DNA of 64,000 nucleotides from an uncultured Prochlorococcus sp. (GCA_902527105.1 CABZNT010000002.1:96706-160705); one strand, 5' to 3'. Positions 49,655 through 61,068 are shown, numbered from the stretch's first letter. Numbers and translations: made by a program. Notes: generated by a model not told the origin, from the sequence alone.

Positions 49655-50449
49655 TTAAATATTGCCTACTAAAGTAACTGTTCTAAATTCAATATCCTCA
49701 ATTACTTTCCAAGGTTCAGCACTCCTTTCTGCAAATTCTAAATTTTTAAATCCTAGTTCTTTAAAGTCACTTATAAAGTCTGGTTCGTACCATGCTCCAC
49801 TAATACATCCTGTCCATAGATCATGATCATTTTGCAATTTTAAAGGAACTTTTTTGTTAGAGACAATATCGCTAATTGCAATTCTTCCATTATCGTTTAA
49901 AACTCTTTTTATATTTCTTAGAAGGTTATTTCTAGATTCTGGACTTACCAAGTTTAAAACGCAATTACTTAAAATAATATCAACTGATTTGTCGGCGATT
50001 AATGGACTTAAATCTTTATCTAATTCATCAAGTTTTTCAATTGAACCTTCTAGAAATTCTGTATTGTTGAAACCTATATTTTTTGTAACTTCTTTAGAGG
50101 CTGATCTAGATAAAGAAAGCATATCAGGATTCTGATCAACTCCAATAACTTTCCCTTCTTTCCCAACAATTTGGGCACAAATAAAAGCATTTTTGCCGCT
50201 ACCACTTCCAAGATCTAAGACTATATCATTTTTTTGAACATATTTAGTTGGATCCCCACATCCATAGTCTCTTTCTATAACCTCTTGAGGAATTGCTTCA
50301 AGTAAAACGGGATTAAACCCAACTGGTGTACAAAGACAACTTTCTTTTTCTAGTGCGGCTGAACCATATCTTTCTTGAATCGCATCTTTATGATCGAATT
50401 GATTAGATGCTTTATTAGATGTGGTTGTATTACAGCAACTTTCAGACAT
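49655..50449 (-). CDS. SAM methyltransferase, ArsM-like
   Basis: YGCGDP, LDLGSGSG, SNCVLNL, GCISGA. Confidence 0.82.
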   Translation of the reverse strand: MSESCCNTTTSNKASNQFDHKDAIQERYGSAALEKESCLCTPVGFNPVLLEAIPQEVIERDYGCGDPTKYVQKNDIVLDLGSGSGKNAFICAQIVGKEGKVIGVDQNPDMLSLSRSASKEVTKNIGFNNTEFLEGSIEKLDELDKDLSPLIADKSVDIILSNCVLNLVSPESRNNLLRNIKRVLNDNGRIAISDIVSNKKVPLKLQNDHDLWTGCISGAWYEPDFISDFKELGFKNLEFAERSAEPWKVIEDIEFRTVTLVGNI

Positions 50450-50481
50450 ATTTTTTAGAGGACTCTCGATAAATATAGCCC

Positions 50482-50510
50482 AAAAAAAAAGCCCCTGAAA
50501 AGGGGCTTTT
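50482..50510 (-). terminator. intrinsic terminator
   Basis: A9-GCCCCT-GAAA-AGGGGC-TTTT. Confidence 0.8.
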
Positions 50511-50526
50511 AATTTGTTTAATTAAA

Positions 50527-50700
50527 TTATTTAGTGTAATTAACACCTCTGTAATTTAATTCTGCTTTTTCATTACTTGAAGAAGCGTCATCCATTCTAT
50601 TGGTGTATACGTTTCTTCTGTAGGTAAGTTCAACAAGTTGCTTTTTAGCAGCTTCTTTGTTTTGAACGTAGTTTTTACCTCTGTAAGTTAAAGTAGTCAT
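50527..50700 (-). CDS. DUF4278 family small protein (57 aa)
   Basis: three L(T/N)YR(G/R)xxY repeats; start moved to MTTLTYRG. Confidence 0.85.
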   Translation of the reverse strand: MTTLTYRGKNYVQNKEAAKKQLVELTYRRNVYTNRMDDASSSNEKAELNYRGVNYTK

Positions 50701-50717
50701 GTTTCGATGTGACAACA

Positions 50718-50774
50718 CGGCCATCCCCCGTTCCATGGTATGACTCGAACTGCGCCCTCAAATGAGGGTGAACG
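50718..50774 (-). promoter_or_regulatory. Downstream-peptide (glutamine-II) riboswitch
   Basis: CGTTCACCCTCATTTGAGGGCGCAGTTCGAGTCATACCATGGAACGGGGG; P1 CGTTC/GAACG; upstream of DUF4278. Confidence 0.88.
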
Positions 50775-50779
50775 AAAAA

Positions 50780-50793
50780 GTAGCAATTGCTAC
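50780..50793. promoter_or_regulatory. NtcA binding site
   Basis: perfect palindrome GTAGCAATTGCTAC (GTA-N8-TAC). Confidence 0.8.
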
Positions 50794-50955
50794 CAAATAA
50801 TTATAAGCGTATTTTTGACTGCATGTCTAGCTTTTACAAATAGAAACGAAGATTTAATGTTTTTTTAATTATTATCTAAGGTAAATTTTTTTATAAATAG
50901 TCTCTAAAAAGGTTTATGTTTATATTTGAATTAATCTTCATGTAACTATTTATTT

Positions 50956-51213
50956 ATGACAGGTTTTTTATATTTCTTGGGAAATACTTTAAGGTGGCCA
51001 GTGTTAAAGCCAAAAGAATTTTTTTCACTACATGCATATTTTTCAATTATTTATTTGATAACTTTTACTTTGAGTAAATATGATGTAAGCCAATCAAATT
51101 TAGTCTTTACTTTAGGAATTCTTGCACCTCTTTTAATCGCTATTGGTCAAGGACTTCCAATTGATTGCCTTGATATGGAATCATCTTTGTTGAAGGAATT
51201 AAAAACTAAATAA
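50956..51213 (+). CDS. membrane hypothetical protein
   Basis: 85-aa ORF with TM segments. Confidence 0.65.
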   Translation: MTGFLYFLGNTLRWPVLKPKEFFSLHAYFSIIYLITFTLSKYDVSQSNLVFTLGILAPLLIAIGQGLPIDCLDMESSLLKELKTK

Positions 51214-51235
51214 TATATATTTCAGTTAAAAATTT

Positions 51236-51481
51236 TTATAAAACCTGGACAACTTCGCTTATTTCAGGAATCATTTCTTTTAACTTTCTTTCAATACCCA
51301 TTTTGAGAGTCATAGTGCTACTTGGGCAACTACCACATGCTCCTTGAAGTCTGACTTTGACAATTGGACCATCTATTTCTGCAATCTCAACATTACCTCC
51401 ATCAGAAATTAAAAAAGGTCTTAGCTCATCAAGGACTTTTTCTACATTTTCGTTTGTCAGAGAGAGTGTTTCAGTACTCAT
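51236..51481 (-). CDS. NifU-C/NfuA-like Fe-S scaffold protein
   Basis: [17 protein letters not shown]. Confidence 0.93.
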   Translation of the reverse strand: MSTETLSLTNENVEKVLDELRPFLISDGGNVEIAEIDGPIVKVRLQGACGSCPSSTMTLKMGIERKLKEMIPEISEVVQVL

Positions 51482-51551
51482 AATTTTGGATTAACTTTAT
51501 AATAAGCCTAGAAAGAAATCTGATTAATTGCAAAAAAGATAATTTTCTGTT

Positions 51552-53048
51552 GTGACTTCATCTAAAAATCCCACTAATGACAATAGCTACTTTGACGCAG
51601 TTTTAGTAGGAGCAGGGATAATGAGTAGTACTTTAGCCCTCCTAATTTCAGAAGTTTTACCAGATATAAAATTTCTTATTATAGAAAAATTAAATGCTCC
51701 AGGAAGTGAAAGTACTGGTGCTTTTAATAATGCAGGTACAGGACATGCGGCTAATTGCGAATTAAACTATACCCCTTTAGATGAAAAAGGAAATCTAAAA
51801 ATAGATAAAGCGCTCTCAATAAATCGTTCTTTTGAAACATCAATGTCTTTATGGGCCTCATTGTATGAAGCAGGGAAGATTGATATTAAGAAGTTTCTAA
51901 AATTTATACCTCATATTAGCTTTGTTTCTGGTCAAGATAATATTTCTTTTTTAAAAAAAAGATTTCAGAAAATGTCCGAAAATCCTGAATTTATCGATAT
52001 GGAATTTTCTACATCTTTTGATGAAATTTCATCATGGGCTCCTCTAATAACAAAAGATAGAAATCCATCTACTCAAATTGCTGCTACCAGAATAGGTAGA
52101 GGAACTGATATCAATTTTGAGGCTTTAACTAAAGAGTATTTGTCATTAGTTTCTTTAAACAAAAATGTTGAAATTAGATACAAAACAGAATTAGTAGATT
52201 TAAAGAAAATTGATAAAAAACAATGGGAACTAGAAATCAGTTCTGAAGGTAGAAAAACTTCAATTAGAACTGGCTACGTTTTTCTTGGTGCTGGTGGAAA
52301 AACAATTAATTATCTACAAAAATCAAAAATTCCAGAAGCAAAGAGTTATGGTGGATTTCCTGTTAGTGGGAAATGGCTTATTTGCGAGAAAAAAGATTTA
52401 ACAGAAAAACATAACTCAAAAGTTTATGGTAAAGCTGATATTGGATCGCCACCAATGTCTGTGCCTCATTTAGACACCAGATGGATTGATAATAAAAAAC
52501 TTCTTTTATATGGACCTTTTGCTGGATTTACAACGAAATTTCTAAAAGAAAGTTCATACTTTGACTTATTTAGTTCAATTAAAAAGAATAATATTTTTTC
52601 TATGTTAGACGTTGGTTTCAAGAATAAAGATTTAATTAATTACCTAATATCACAATCATTAAAGAACCATAACTCAAGAGTTGAGAATTTAAAGAATATG
52701 ATGCCATCAGCTAATCCTTCTGATTGGTATTTAAAGAATGCTGGTCAAAGAGTCCAAATAATTAAAAAAACTGAAGGTGGTGGTTCTTTGAAATTTGGAA
52801 CTGAGATTGTAAATTCATCTGATGGATCATTATCTGCTTTGTTGGGAGCCTCTCCGGGAGCAAGTACTGCGGTTTCAATTATGGTTGAGGTTCTAGAAAA
52901 ATCTGTTTTATTTTTAAACGATAAGCATAATCTTCAGAAAAAGATAAATTACTTAATTTATCCAGAACTATCAGTCTCTGAAAATTACAGTACCTTCATA
53001 AAAGAAATTAAAAAAAGAAATAATTCCATTTTTGGTTTCCATCCATAA
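51552..53048 (+). CDS. mqo: malate:quinone oxidoreductase
   Basis: [31 protein letters not shown]. Confidence 0.95.
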   Translation: MTSSKNPTNDNSYFDAVLVGAGIMSSTLALLISEVLPDIKFLIIEKLNAPGSESTGAFNNAGTGHAANCELNYTPLDEKGNLKIDKALSINRSFETSMSLWASLYEAGKIDIKKFLKFIPHISFVSGQDNISFLKKRFQKMSENPEFIDMEFSTSFDEISSWAPLITKDRNPSTQIAATRIGRGTDINFEALTKEYLSLVSLNKNVEIRYKTELVDLKKIDKKQWELEISSEGRKTSIRTGYVFLGAGGKTINYLQKSKIPEAKSYGGFPVSGKWLICEKKDLTEKHNSKVYGKADIGSPPMSVPHLDTRWIDNKKLLLYGPFAGFTTKFLKESSYFDLFSSIKKNNIFSMLDVGFKNKDLINYLISQSLKNHNSRVENLKNMMPSANPSDWYLKNAGQRVQIIKKTEGGGSLKFGTEIVNSSDGSLSALLGASPGASTAVSIMVEVLEKSVLFLNDKHNLQKKINYLIYPELSVSENYSTFIKEIKKRNNSIFGFHP

Positions 53049-53103
53049 TTCTAATTAGCTAATATTAATCAAGATGTAATAAGAGGAGAATTTTTCTTTC
53101 TAT

Positions 53104-54912
53104 ATGACTGATATATCTGTTTCAAAAATTAGAAATTTCTGCATAATCGCTCATATTGACCATGGTAAATCTACCCTTGCAGATAGGTTACTTCAAGATA
53201 CTGGAACTGTGAAGCAAAGGGATATGCAAGAACAATTTTTGGACAGTATGGATCTTGAAAGAGAGAGAGGAATTACTATCAAGTTACAGGCCGCTAGGAT
53301 GAAATATAAAGCTGACGATTCCCAAGAATATGTTTTGAACTTAATAGATACTCCAGGGCATGTTGATTTCTCTTATGAGGTTAGTAGATCTCTTCAAGCT
53401 TGTGAAGGCGCCTTACTTGTTGTTGATGCAAGTCAAGGAGTAGAAGCTCAAACCTTAGCTAATGTTTATCTTGCCTTAGAAAATAATCTTGAAATAATTC
53501 CTGTTTTAAATAAAGTTGATTTACCAGGCGCTGATGCTGAAAAAATAAAACAAGAAATAGAGGAAATTATTGGACTTGATACATCTAATGCAATAAATTG
53601 TTCAGCAAAAACTGGAGTTGGTATTAAAGATATTTTGGATGCAATCGTAAGAAGAGTTCCTCCTCCTCAAGATGAAATTAAACTACCTACAAAGGCACTG
53701 ATTTTTGATTCTTATTATGATCCGTACAGGGGAGTTATTGTTTATTTCAGGGTGATATCTGGGTCTCTAAATAAGAGAGAAAAAATATTATTAATGGCAA
53801 GTAAGAAAAATTATGAACTAGATGAGATAGGAATAATGGCGCCTGATCAGCAGCAAGTTGATGAATTACATGCAGGAGAAGTTGGTTATTTAGCTGCTTC
53901 TATAAAATCAGTTGCTGATGCGAGAGTGGGAGATACGATTACTCTTTTAAATTCACCTGCCAATGATCCTTTGCCTGGATATAAGACAGCAAATCCTATG
54001 GTTTTTTGTGGCTTATTCCCGACTGATGCTGATCAATTTCCAGATTTAAGAGTATCACTAGAAAAATTACAATTATCTGATGCGGCTTTAAAATATGAGC
54101 CTGAAACCAGTAGCGCAATGGGATTCGGATTTAGGTGTGGATTCCTAGGACTTCTTCATATGGAGATTGTTCAAGAAAGATTAGAAAGAGAATATGACTT
54201 GGATCTAATCGTAACGGCACCATCAGTTATTTATAAAGTTAATTTAAATCAGCAGGAACATATCTTTATTGATAATCCCTCTACAATTCCTGATCCACAA
54301 CTTAGAGAATCAATAGAAGAGCCCTATGTGAAAATGGAAATTTATGCTCCCAATGAATTTAATGGAACATTGATGGGTTTATGTCAGGAAAGAAGGGGAG
54401 TATTCATAGATATGAAATACATAACAACAGATCGAGTTACCTTGATTTATGAAATTCCATTAGCAGAAGTTGTTACAGATTTCTTTGATCAAATGAAAAG
54501 TAGAACCCAAGGGTATGCATCAATGGAATATCATTTGATTGGTTATAGAAAAAATGACCTTGTTAGATTAGATGTTCTAATAAATTCAGAAAGAGCAGAT
54601 CCATTAACTTCTATTGTTCATAAAGATAAGGCTTATGGAATTGGCAGAAGTTTAGTTGAGAAATTAAAAGAACTTATTCCAAAACAACAATTTAAAATAC
54701 CTATTCAAGCATCAATCGGTAGCAGGATTATTGCGAGTGAAAGCATAAGTGCTTTGCGAAAAGATGTTTTATCTAAATGTTATGGCGGGGATATTTCTAG
54801 GAAAAAGAAACTTTTAAAGAAACAAGCCAAAGGTAAAAAGAGGATGAAGGCAATGGGTAAAGTTGAAGTCCCTCAAGAAGCTTTTATGGCAGTCTTGAAA
54901 TTAAACCAGTAA
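53104..54912 (+). CDS. lepA: elongation factor 4
   Basis: [20 protein letters not shown]. Confidence 0.98.
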   Translation: MTDISVSKIRNFCIIAHIDHGKSTLADRLLQDTGTVKQRDMQEQFLDSMDLERERGITIKLQAARMKYKADDSQEYVLNLIDTPGHVDFSYEVSRSLQACEGALLVVDASQGVEAQTLANVYLALENNLEIIPVLNKVDLPGADAEKIKQEIEEIIGLDTSNAINCSAKTGVGIKDILDAIVRRVPPPQDEIKLPTKALIFDSYYDPYRGVIVYFRVISGSLNKREKILLMASKKNYELDEIGIMAPDQQQVDELHAGEVGYLAASIKSVADARVGDTITLLNSPANDPLPGYKTANPMVFCGLFPTDADQFPDLRVSLEKLQLSDAALKYEPETSSAMGFGFRCGFLGLLHMEIVQERLEREYDLDLIVTAPSVIYKVNLNQQEHIFIDNPSTIPDPQLRESIEEPYVKMEIYAPNEFNGTLMGLCQERRGVFIDMKYITTDRVTLIYEIPLAEVVTDFFDQMKSRTQGYASMEYHLIGYRKNDLVRLDVLINSERADPLTSIVHKDKAYGIGRSLVEKLKELIPKQQFKIPIQASIGSRIIASESISALRKDVLSKCYGGDISRKKKLLKKQAKGKKRMKAMGKVEVPQEAFMAVLKLNQ

Positions 54913-54991
54913 TTTCTTTTAATTTAAAATTTATAGCTATTTATTTTTAAAAGAATTGGGTATATTTCATTTATATCTTTAAAAAAAGATT

Positions 54992-55837
54992 TTGGATATT
55001 AACTCATTTAATCGTGTCGGCGCAAATATCAGAAAAGCTGGATTTTTAATTGTACTTTTTTATCTTCTTGTTGTTTTAATAATGAAATTTTTAGAGGCCA
55101 ATAATTTTTTTGGCTATTCATTTTCAATGTTAAGCAATGATATCTTTGCCCCTCCTTCTCTTAATCATTTTTGTGGCACAGATAGATTAGGAAGAGATGT
55201 TTGCTTAAGAACTTTGCAAGGATCATCATTAGCGATAGAAGTTGTATTCTTAGCTATTCTTTTTTCATTAAGTTTGGGTTTGCCATTGGGATTATTAAGT
55301 GGATATTTTGGTGGTTTTTTTGATAAATGCTTATCACTAATAATGGATACTATTTTTTCAATACCTGTAATTTTACTTTCAGTTGTTGTGGCTTTTGTAT
55401 TGGGTAAGGGTATCCTTAACGCGGCTTTGGCATTGTGTATTGTTTACTCTCCTCAATATTTTAGATTAATCAGAAATCAGACAATATTGGTTAAATCCGA
55501 AACTTATGTGGAGGCAGCTCAAGTTGCAGGAGCTGATGTTAAAAAAATTATTTTTAAATATATTCTCCCAAATGTAATAACACCATTGCCTATTCTGCTT
55601 ACCCTAAATGCTGCAGATGCTGTTTTGGTATTAGGAAGTTTAGGATTTTTAGGCCTTGGCGTTCCTGCGGATGTCCCAGAGTGGGGAAGTGATTTAAATC
55701 TGGCTCTTGCCGCTTTACCTACAGGTATCTGGTGGACGGCTTTGTTCCCAGGTTTGGCAATGTTTTTTTTAGTTTTAGGTCTTTCTTTTATAGGAGAGGA
55801 CCTTGAAGAAATTTTTGATAGTCAAAATTCTGAATAA
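54992..55837 (+). CDS. peptide ABC transporter permease (DppC-like)
   Basis: GTDRLGRD, EAA motif, LGFLGLG..PEWG. Confidence 0.88.
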   Translation: MDINSFNRVGANIRKAGFLIVLFYLLVVLIMKFLEANNFFGYSFSMLSNDIFAPPSLNHFCGTDRLGRDVCLRTLQGSSLAIEVVFLAILFSLSLGLPLGLLSGYFGGFFDKCLSLIMDTIFSIPVILLSVVVAFVLGKGILNAALALCIVYSPQYFRLIRNQTILVKSETYVEAAQVAGADVKKIIFKYILPNVITPLPILLTLNAADAVLVLGSLGFLGLGVPADVPEWGSDLNLALAALPTGIWWTALFPGLAMFFLVLGLSFIGEDLEEIFDSQNSE

Positions 55838-55839
55838 AT

Positions 55840-56511
55840 TTAGTTATCTGTAACCGGATCAAGTTCTCCTTGATCATTCAACTTTGGATATTCTTTAGCT
55901 GATTTTTTATACACCGCAGCTAATTCTGGGTAACACCATTCAAAAAGTGTTTTTTGATATTCATCCATATTTAACCCTTCTCCATTAGCGGGCAATATAC
56001 CTTTATTTTTTCTTTGGCGAACGGCTTCAAATAATAATATAGAAGCAGCAACTGAAACATTCAGAGATTGAACCATTCCTCTCATAGGTATAAAAATTGA
56101 TTGATCAACCATTGATACAAGTTCATTACTTAGTCCCCATTTTTCTGCTCCTAAAACAAAACATGTATTTTGAGAATAATCAAAATTTCTATAATCTACT
56201 GATTCACTATTAAGATTCGTTCCATATAATTTAAAGCCCTTATTCTTTAAATCAGATATTGCAGTGATAGTGTTTTCATGATTATTCAGTTTTACCCATT
56301 TTTGACTTCCTTGAGCTGTACTATTAAAAGTCTTAACGGCATTCGTTTTGCTAATAAAATTTGCTTCGAAAACTCCTGCCGCGTCACATGTCCTTAATAT
56401 CGCAGATAAATTATGTGGTTTATTGACATCCTCAACTAAAACAGTCAAGTTTTTCATTCTGCAATCTAAAACATTTTTGATTCGTTCAAATCTTCTCGGC
56501 AAAATTGACAT
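55840..56511 (-). CDS. trmH: tRNA (Gm18) 2'-O-methyltransferase
   Basis: PHNLSAILRTCDA, GAEKWG, IPMRGMVQSLNVS. Confidence 0.93.
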   Translation of the reverse strand: MSILPRRFERIKNVLDCRMKNLTVLVEDVNKPHNLSAILRTCDAAGVFEANFISKTNAVKTFNSTAQGSQKWVKLNNHENTITAISDLKNKGFKLYGTNLNSESVDYRNFDYSQNTCFVLGAEKWGLSNELVSMVDQSIFIPMRGMVQSLNVSVAASILLFEAVRQRKNKGILPANGEGLNMDEYQKTLFEWCYPELAAVYKKSAKEYPKLNDQGELDPVTDN

Positions 56512-56607
56512 TTATAATTTTTTCACACTTTTAAATTATATTCAAAAAATATTGATTACCTATTAAATCTCTTGGTTTATAATATTTTGGTAGTTTAAAT
56601 TAACTCA

Positions 56608-56811
56608 ATGGCATACATAGAATGGGACTATACATTAATAAAAAGTATGGTAGAAAAACAAGGGTGGGATTTACCTGATCGTGAATCGGAAGAATGGAAT
56701 AAATTTAACGATGAATTAGGAGAAAAAATGCGAGGTGTTGGACTTATTTTTGAAAAATATTGTAAATTTACTCCTGATGTAGGAGAAGGGGTTCATCTTC
56801 TAGATGACTGA
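56608..56811 (+). CDS. hypothetical protein
   Basis: 67-aa ORF. Confidence 0.55.
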   Translation: MAYIEWDYTLIKSMVEKQGWDLPDRESEEWNKFNDELGEKMRGVGLIFEKYCKFTPDVGEGVHLLDD

Positions 56812-56976
56812 TCATAAATAGTTTTAAACCATTGATGTATCCCTTAATCAATGGCTTATTAATTAATAAGATAATATAATTTCACTAAATTAGAACTGGC
56901 AATTATTAAGGCTTTATAAAGCTTGTACTCTAAAAAAAATTTTTTATTCCACAAAAAAGTTATTTAATTTCTATAT

Positions 56977-57381
56977 TTGAATAAAAATATGAAAAATAAA
57001 TTAACTTTTTTATTCGATGGTGGTTGTCCACTTTGTTTGAGGGAAACAAATTTTCTTAAAAAAAGAGATACCTTAAATCAAATTGCATTTATAGATATTA
57101 ATAGTAAGGATTATGATCAAAGTCTTTTTAATGACATCTCATATTCAGAAGCTATGTCAAACCTGCATGGGATTATTGAAAATGGTGAAATTATTAGGGG
57201 ACTAGATGTACTTGCATATTCTTATGAATTAGTTGGTTTAGGTTGGGTTTATTATCCCTTAAAGATTAAGCTATTATCTCCATTATTGAGATTGGTTTAC
57301 AGATATTGGGCAAAATATAGACTTCAAATTACAGGTAGATCCGATATTGAAAAACTTTGTACCTCACAATGTGAAAAATAA
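56977..57381 (+). CDS. DCC family thiol-disulfide oxidoreductase (DUF393)
   Basis: FDGGCPLC, Y..WA.YR. Confidence 0.88.
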   Translation: MNKNMKNKLTFLFDGGCPLCLRETNFLKKRDTLNQIAFIDINSKDYDQSLFNDISYSEAMSNLHGIIENGEIIRGLDVLAYSYELVGLGWVYYPLKIKLLSPLLRLVYRYWAKYRLQITGRSDIEKLCTSQCEK

Positions 57382-57383
57382 AT

Positions 57384-57620
57384 ATGGAAAGTATCGATAT
57401 AGATAGAATAATAGAAATGTGTTGGGAAGATAGAACACCCTTTGAAGCTATCGAGTATCAATTTGGTTTAAAAGAGGAAGATGCGATAAAAATTATGCGT
57501 CAAAATCTTAAACCCAAATCTTTCAAAGTCTGGAGAAAGAGAGTTTCGGGAAGAAATACAAAACATATGGCCCTTAAAGATTCAACTAGATTTAAATCTA
57601 CTCATAAAAGAAAATTATAA
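57384..57620 (+). CDS. TIGR03643/DUF2805 family protein
   Basis: IEMCWEDRTPFEAI, SFKVWRKRVSGR.TKH. Confidence 0.88.
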   Translation: MESIDIDRIIEMCWEDRTPFEAIEYQFGLKEEDAIKIMRQNLKPKSFKVWRKRVSGRNTKHMALKDSTRFKSTHKRKL

Positions 57621-57623
57621 ATT

Positions 57624-57755
57624 TTGAAAAATCTTTCTACTAAAACTTGTCCTGTTTGCAATAGGCCATTTGAGTGGCGTAAAAAATGGAAAAACTGTTG
57701 GGATGATGTTATCTACTGTTCAAAAAGATGCAGTAACAGGAAGTCGCAAAGATGA
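57624..57755 (+). CDS. DUF2256 family Cys4 small protein (43 aa, missed by the ORF track)
   Basis: TTG start; [28 protein letters not shown]; stop overlaps the photolyase ATG (ATGA). Confidence 0.85.
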   Translation: MKNLSTKTCPVCNRPFEWRKKWKNCWDDVIYCSKRCSNRKSQR

Positions 57756-59242
57756 AACAAATATCAATTATTTTCCCCAATCAACTTTTTAGAGAAAGCC
57801 CAATCTTAAAAATAAATTGTGAAGTTTTGATTCTGGAAGACTCATTATTTTTTGGCAATGATAAATTTCATAAATTAATTAACCATAAAAATAAGTTAGT
57901 TTTTCATAGAGCATCTATGCTCGCTTATAAAAATTATTTAGAAATATCTGGCTTTAAAGTTTTATATATCGAAAACAAGAGTAATGTTTCTACAGTTGAT
58001 CACTTATCGGAACTTATTAAAAATAAATATCAGAAAATAAATCTCATTGACCCTCATGATTTTTTAATAATGAAGAGGATTAATAATTTTGTTGAAAGTA
58101 ATAATTTAGCTTTAAGTATTTTGCCTTCTCCTATGTTTATGAGCAGTGAAGATTTAAAAGATTTATTTGCATCAAATACAAAAAAACCTCTTATGGGGAG
58201 ATTTTATGAGAATCAAAGAAAGAGCCAAAAGATATTAGTTAATCCTGATGATACACCTGAAGGTGGTAAATGGAGTTTCGATGAAATGAACAGAAAAAAA
58301 TTACCAAAAAAAATAAATATACCCGATACACCTAAATTACAAAAAAATAAATTTGTAGTTAATGCAGAAAATTCATTAGCCAATTTTGATATTGAGTTTA
58401 TTGGAGAAAGTAACAACTTTTTATATCCAACTAATTTTGAAGAGGCAGATGCATGGTTAAATGATTTTTTTAAACATAGATTTTTCTTATTTGGAGATTA
58501 TGAGGATGCTATTTCTAAAGAAAATTCTTTTTTATGGCACAGTTTACTTTCTCCTCTTTTAAATAGCGGCTTATTAACCCCAGATGAAGTAGTAAATAAA
58601 GCATTACTTTTTGCAAAAAATAATAATGTTCCTATTAACTCTTTAGAGGGTTTTATTCGTCAAATTATTGGATGGAGAGAATTTATTTGCCTCGTCTATA
58701 AAAAGTACGGAACAAAGATGCGAAATAGTAATTTTTGGAATTTTGTAGATAAGCCAATTCCAAAATCTTTTTATCAAGGAAATACAGGAATTGAACCAGT
58801 AGACGTTGTTATAAAAAATATTATTAAATTTGGTTATTGTCATCATATCGAGCGGCTAATGATTGTTGGCAACTTTATGCTTCTATGTAGAATTCACCCC
58901 AACCAAGTTTATAAATGGTTTATGGAAATGTTTATTGATTCCTATGATTGGGTTATGGTTCCAAATGTTTACGGAATGAGTCAGTTTAGTGATGGTGGTA
59001 TCTTTTCAACAAAGCCATATATATCAAGCTCTAATTATGTAAAAAAAATGTCTAATTTTAAAAGTGGCCCATGGTGTGAAATATGGGATGGCTTATTTTG
59101 GAAATTTATTAAAGATAATGAAAGTTTTTTTAGAAAGCAATATCGTCTAGCAATGTTAACGAGAAATCTCGATAAAATGTCAGAGGAAAAATTAAATAAT
59201 CACTTAAAAACGGCCGATAAATTTTTAAGAGATATTCAATAA
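57752..59242 (+). CDS. bacterial (6-4) photolyase-type protein (PhrB/CryB-like clade)
   Basis: [39 protein letters not shown]. Confidence 0.9.
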   Translation: MKQISIIFPNQLFRESPILKINCEVLILEDSLFFGNDKFHKLINHKNKLVFHRASMLAYKNYLEISGFKVLYIENKSNVSTVDHLSELIKNKYQKINLIDPHDFLIMKRINNFVESNNLALSILPSPMFMSSEDLKDLFASNTKKPLMGRFYENQRKSQKILVNPDDTPEGGKWSFDEMNRKKLPKKINIPDTPKLQKNKFVVNAENSLANFDIEFIGESNNFLYPTNFEEADAWLNDFFKHRFFLFGDYEDAISKENSFLWHSLLSPLLNSGLLTPDEVVNKALLFAKNNNVPINSLEGFIRQIIGWREFICLVYKKYGTKMRNSNFWNFVDKPIPKSFYQGNTGIEPVDVVIKNIIKFGYCHHIERLMIVGNFMLLCRIHPNQVYKWFMEMFIDSYDWVMVPNVYGMSQFSDGGIFSTKPYISSSNYVKKMSNFKSGPWCEIWDGLFWKFIKDNESFFRKQYRLAMLTRNLDKMSEEKLNNHLKTADKFLRDIQ

Positions 59243-59347
59243 ATTAAGAGTAATAACCTATAGTTATCTTTGAAAAATTAAAAAAATATTATGTTATGAA
59301 GAAATATTAAGTACGGATGTTAATTTAAAAAAAATTAGATTTATCTA

Positions 59348-59527
59348 ATGGAAATTGGAACACTTTTTTTAAAAAGTAATTCGACGGGAATCATCACTTT
59401 TTCTGAATTAGATTGGATAACTACCCATCAATCTAATTTCACTAGGTTGGAGGAATCCATAGCAATTAAATTAGGCAGAATGCTTGATGCAGGATCTATC
59501 AATATTGGTTGCCGTTTGAAATCCTGA
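59348..59527 (+). CDS. 59-aa conserved hypothetical protein
   Basis: MEIGTLFLKSNSTGIITFSELDWIT...LGRMLDAGSINIGCRLKS*. Confidence 0.65.
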   Translation: MEIGTLFLKSNSTGIITFSELDWITTHQSNFTRLEESIAIKLGRMLDAGSINIGCRLKS

Positions 59528-59742
59528 ATAAGTTTTTATTTTAATAATGAAGTATCAAAAAGGGAAAAAAATATTTTTTCGGGAAAGGATCCATTCTTTA
59601 AATATCTTTCTTTTTTTAGGATTTAATCTTTCACTTATTTCTATCTTAGGTTTTATTTAGTTTAATTCTGGAATTGAAAAAAATAGTTTAAATTTTTGAA
59701 TTTTTTGTATATTAAAGTTATCTTTAAAAAATTAATTATATT

Positions 59743-61059
59743 TTGAGCATAGGTTATTTACAAAGAAAGGCAGCTTGGGAAATTTTATTAAAAGTTAGTT
59801 CTGGTGATTTTTCTGATCATGCTCTTGAAAAGGTTTTGAAAAATTATCAATTTAATCCTCTTGATATAGCTTTTATTACAGAATTATCTTTTGGATGCAT
59901 AAGGTATAGAAAATTTCTTGATCTTTGGACTGATCATACATCAAAAATTACTCATAAAAAGCAGCCTCCAAAGTTAAGATGGCTTCTTCATATAGGTTTG
60001 TATCAACTATTGAAAATGGATAAAATCCCATTTCCTGCTGCTATTTCTACCACTGTAGAAGTAGCTAAAAAAACTGATTTAAATGGTTTGGCGGGAACTG
60101 TAAATGCGATATTGAGAAATGCATCAAGAAAATTAGAACAAAAAATCTTTCCGAAATTATCTTCTGATAGAAAAGAAAGAATTTCATGTCTTGAATCATT
60201 TCCATTATGGCTTGTGAAGGATCTTTATAAATGGTTCGGCAATAGCGAGGGTGAAAATATCATTAAGGCATTTAATAAAAAACCATCAATTGATTTGAGA
60301 ATAAACCAATTAAAAACTAATTTAGATAATTTTTTGAAAGTACTTCATGAAAATAATATTGATTCTGAAATTATTAATGATTTACATAATGGAATTACTT
60401 TAAAATCTAATCCAAGATCTATAAAAAATTTACCAGGATATAGTGATGGACTTTGGACAATTCAAGATAGATCTTCTCAATGGATAGCACCTCTCTTAAA
60501 TCCAAAAGAAGGTGAAAAGATTTTAGATGCTTGTGCAGCTCCAGGTAGTAAGTCTACCCACCTTGCAGAATTAACAAATGATAATGCTGAAATTATTGCC
60601 GTAGATAGATCAGCAAAAAGATTGAAAATACTGCAATCAAATTTAGAAAGGTTAAATTTGAAATCTGTTAATACCCTTAAGGCTGATGCTACGAGCTTGA
60701 TTGAATTAAATCCTAAGTTTATATCTTATTTTGATAAGATTTTACTAGATGCTCCATGTTCAGGCATTGGAACTCTTTCCAGGAATCCAGATTCTAGATG
60801 GTCTTTAAGTAAAGAAAAAATAAAATATTTAACTTTATTACAGGAAAAACTTTTGGAGAGTATTTTCCCTCTTTTGAAAAAAGATGGCACTTTAGTTTAT
60901 TCAACTTGTACTATTTGTCCCGCTGAAAATAATCTATTAATTGAACGATTTATTGAAAAAAACCAAACTTTAAAATTGGTTAGCCAAAAGCAAATTTTAC
61001 CTAGCTTGGATTATCCTGGTGATGGATTTTATTCTGCAATAATTTCTTATAAATCTTAA
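59743..61059 (+). CDS. rsmB: 16S rRNA m5C967 methyltransferase
   Basis: QD.SSQ, DACAAPGSK, DAPCSG, YSTCT. Confidence 0.95.
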   Translation: MSIGYLQRKAAWEILLKVSSGDFSDHALEKVLKNYQFNPLDIAFITELSFGCIRYRKFLDLWTDHTSKITHKKQPPKLRWLLHIGLYQLLKMDKIPFPAAISTTVEVAKKTDLNGLAGTVNAILRNASRKLEQKIFPKLSSDRKERISCLESFPLWLVKDLYKWFGNSEGENIIKAFNKKPSIDLRINQLKTNLDNFLKVLHENNIDSEIINDLHNGITLKSNPRSIKNLPGYSDGLWTIQDRSSQWIAPLLNPKEGEKILDACAAPGSKSTHLAELTNDNAEIIAVDRSAKRLKILQSNLERLNLKSVNTLKADATSLIELNPKFISYFDKILLDAPCSGIGTLSRNPDSRWSLSKEKIKYLTLLQEKLLESIFPLLKKDGTLVYSTCTICPAENNLLIERFIEKNQTLKLVSQKQILPSLDYPGDGFYSAIISYKS

Positions 61060-61068
61060 AAATATAAT

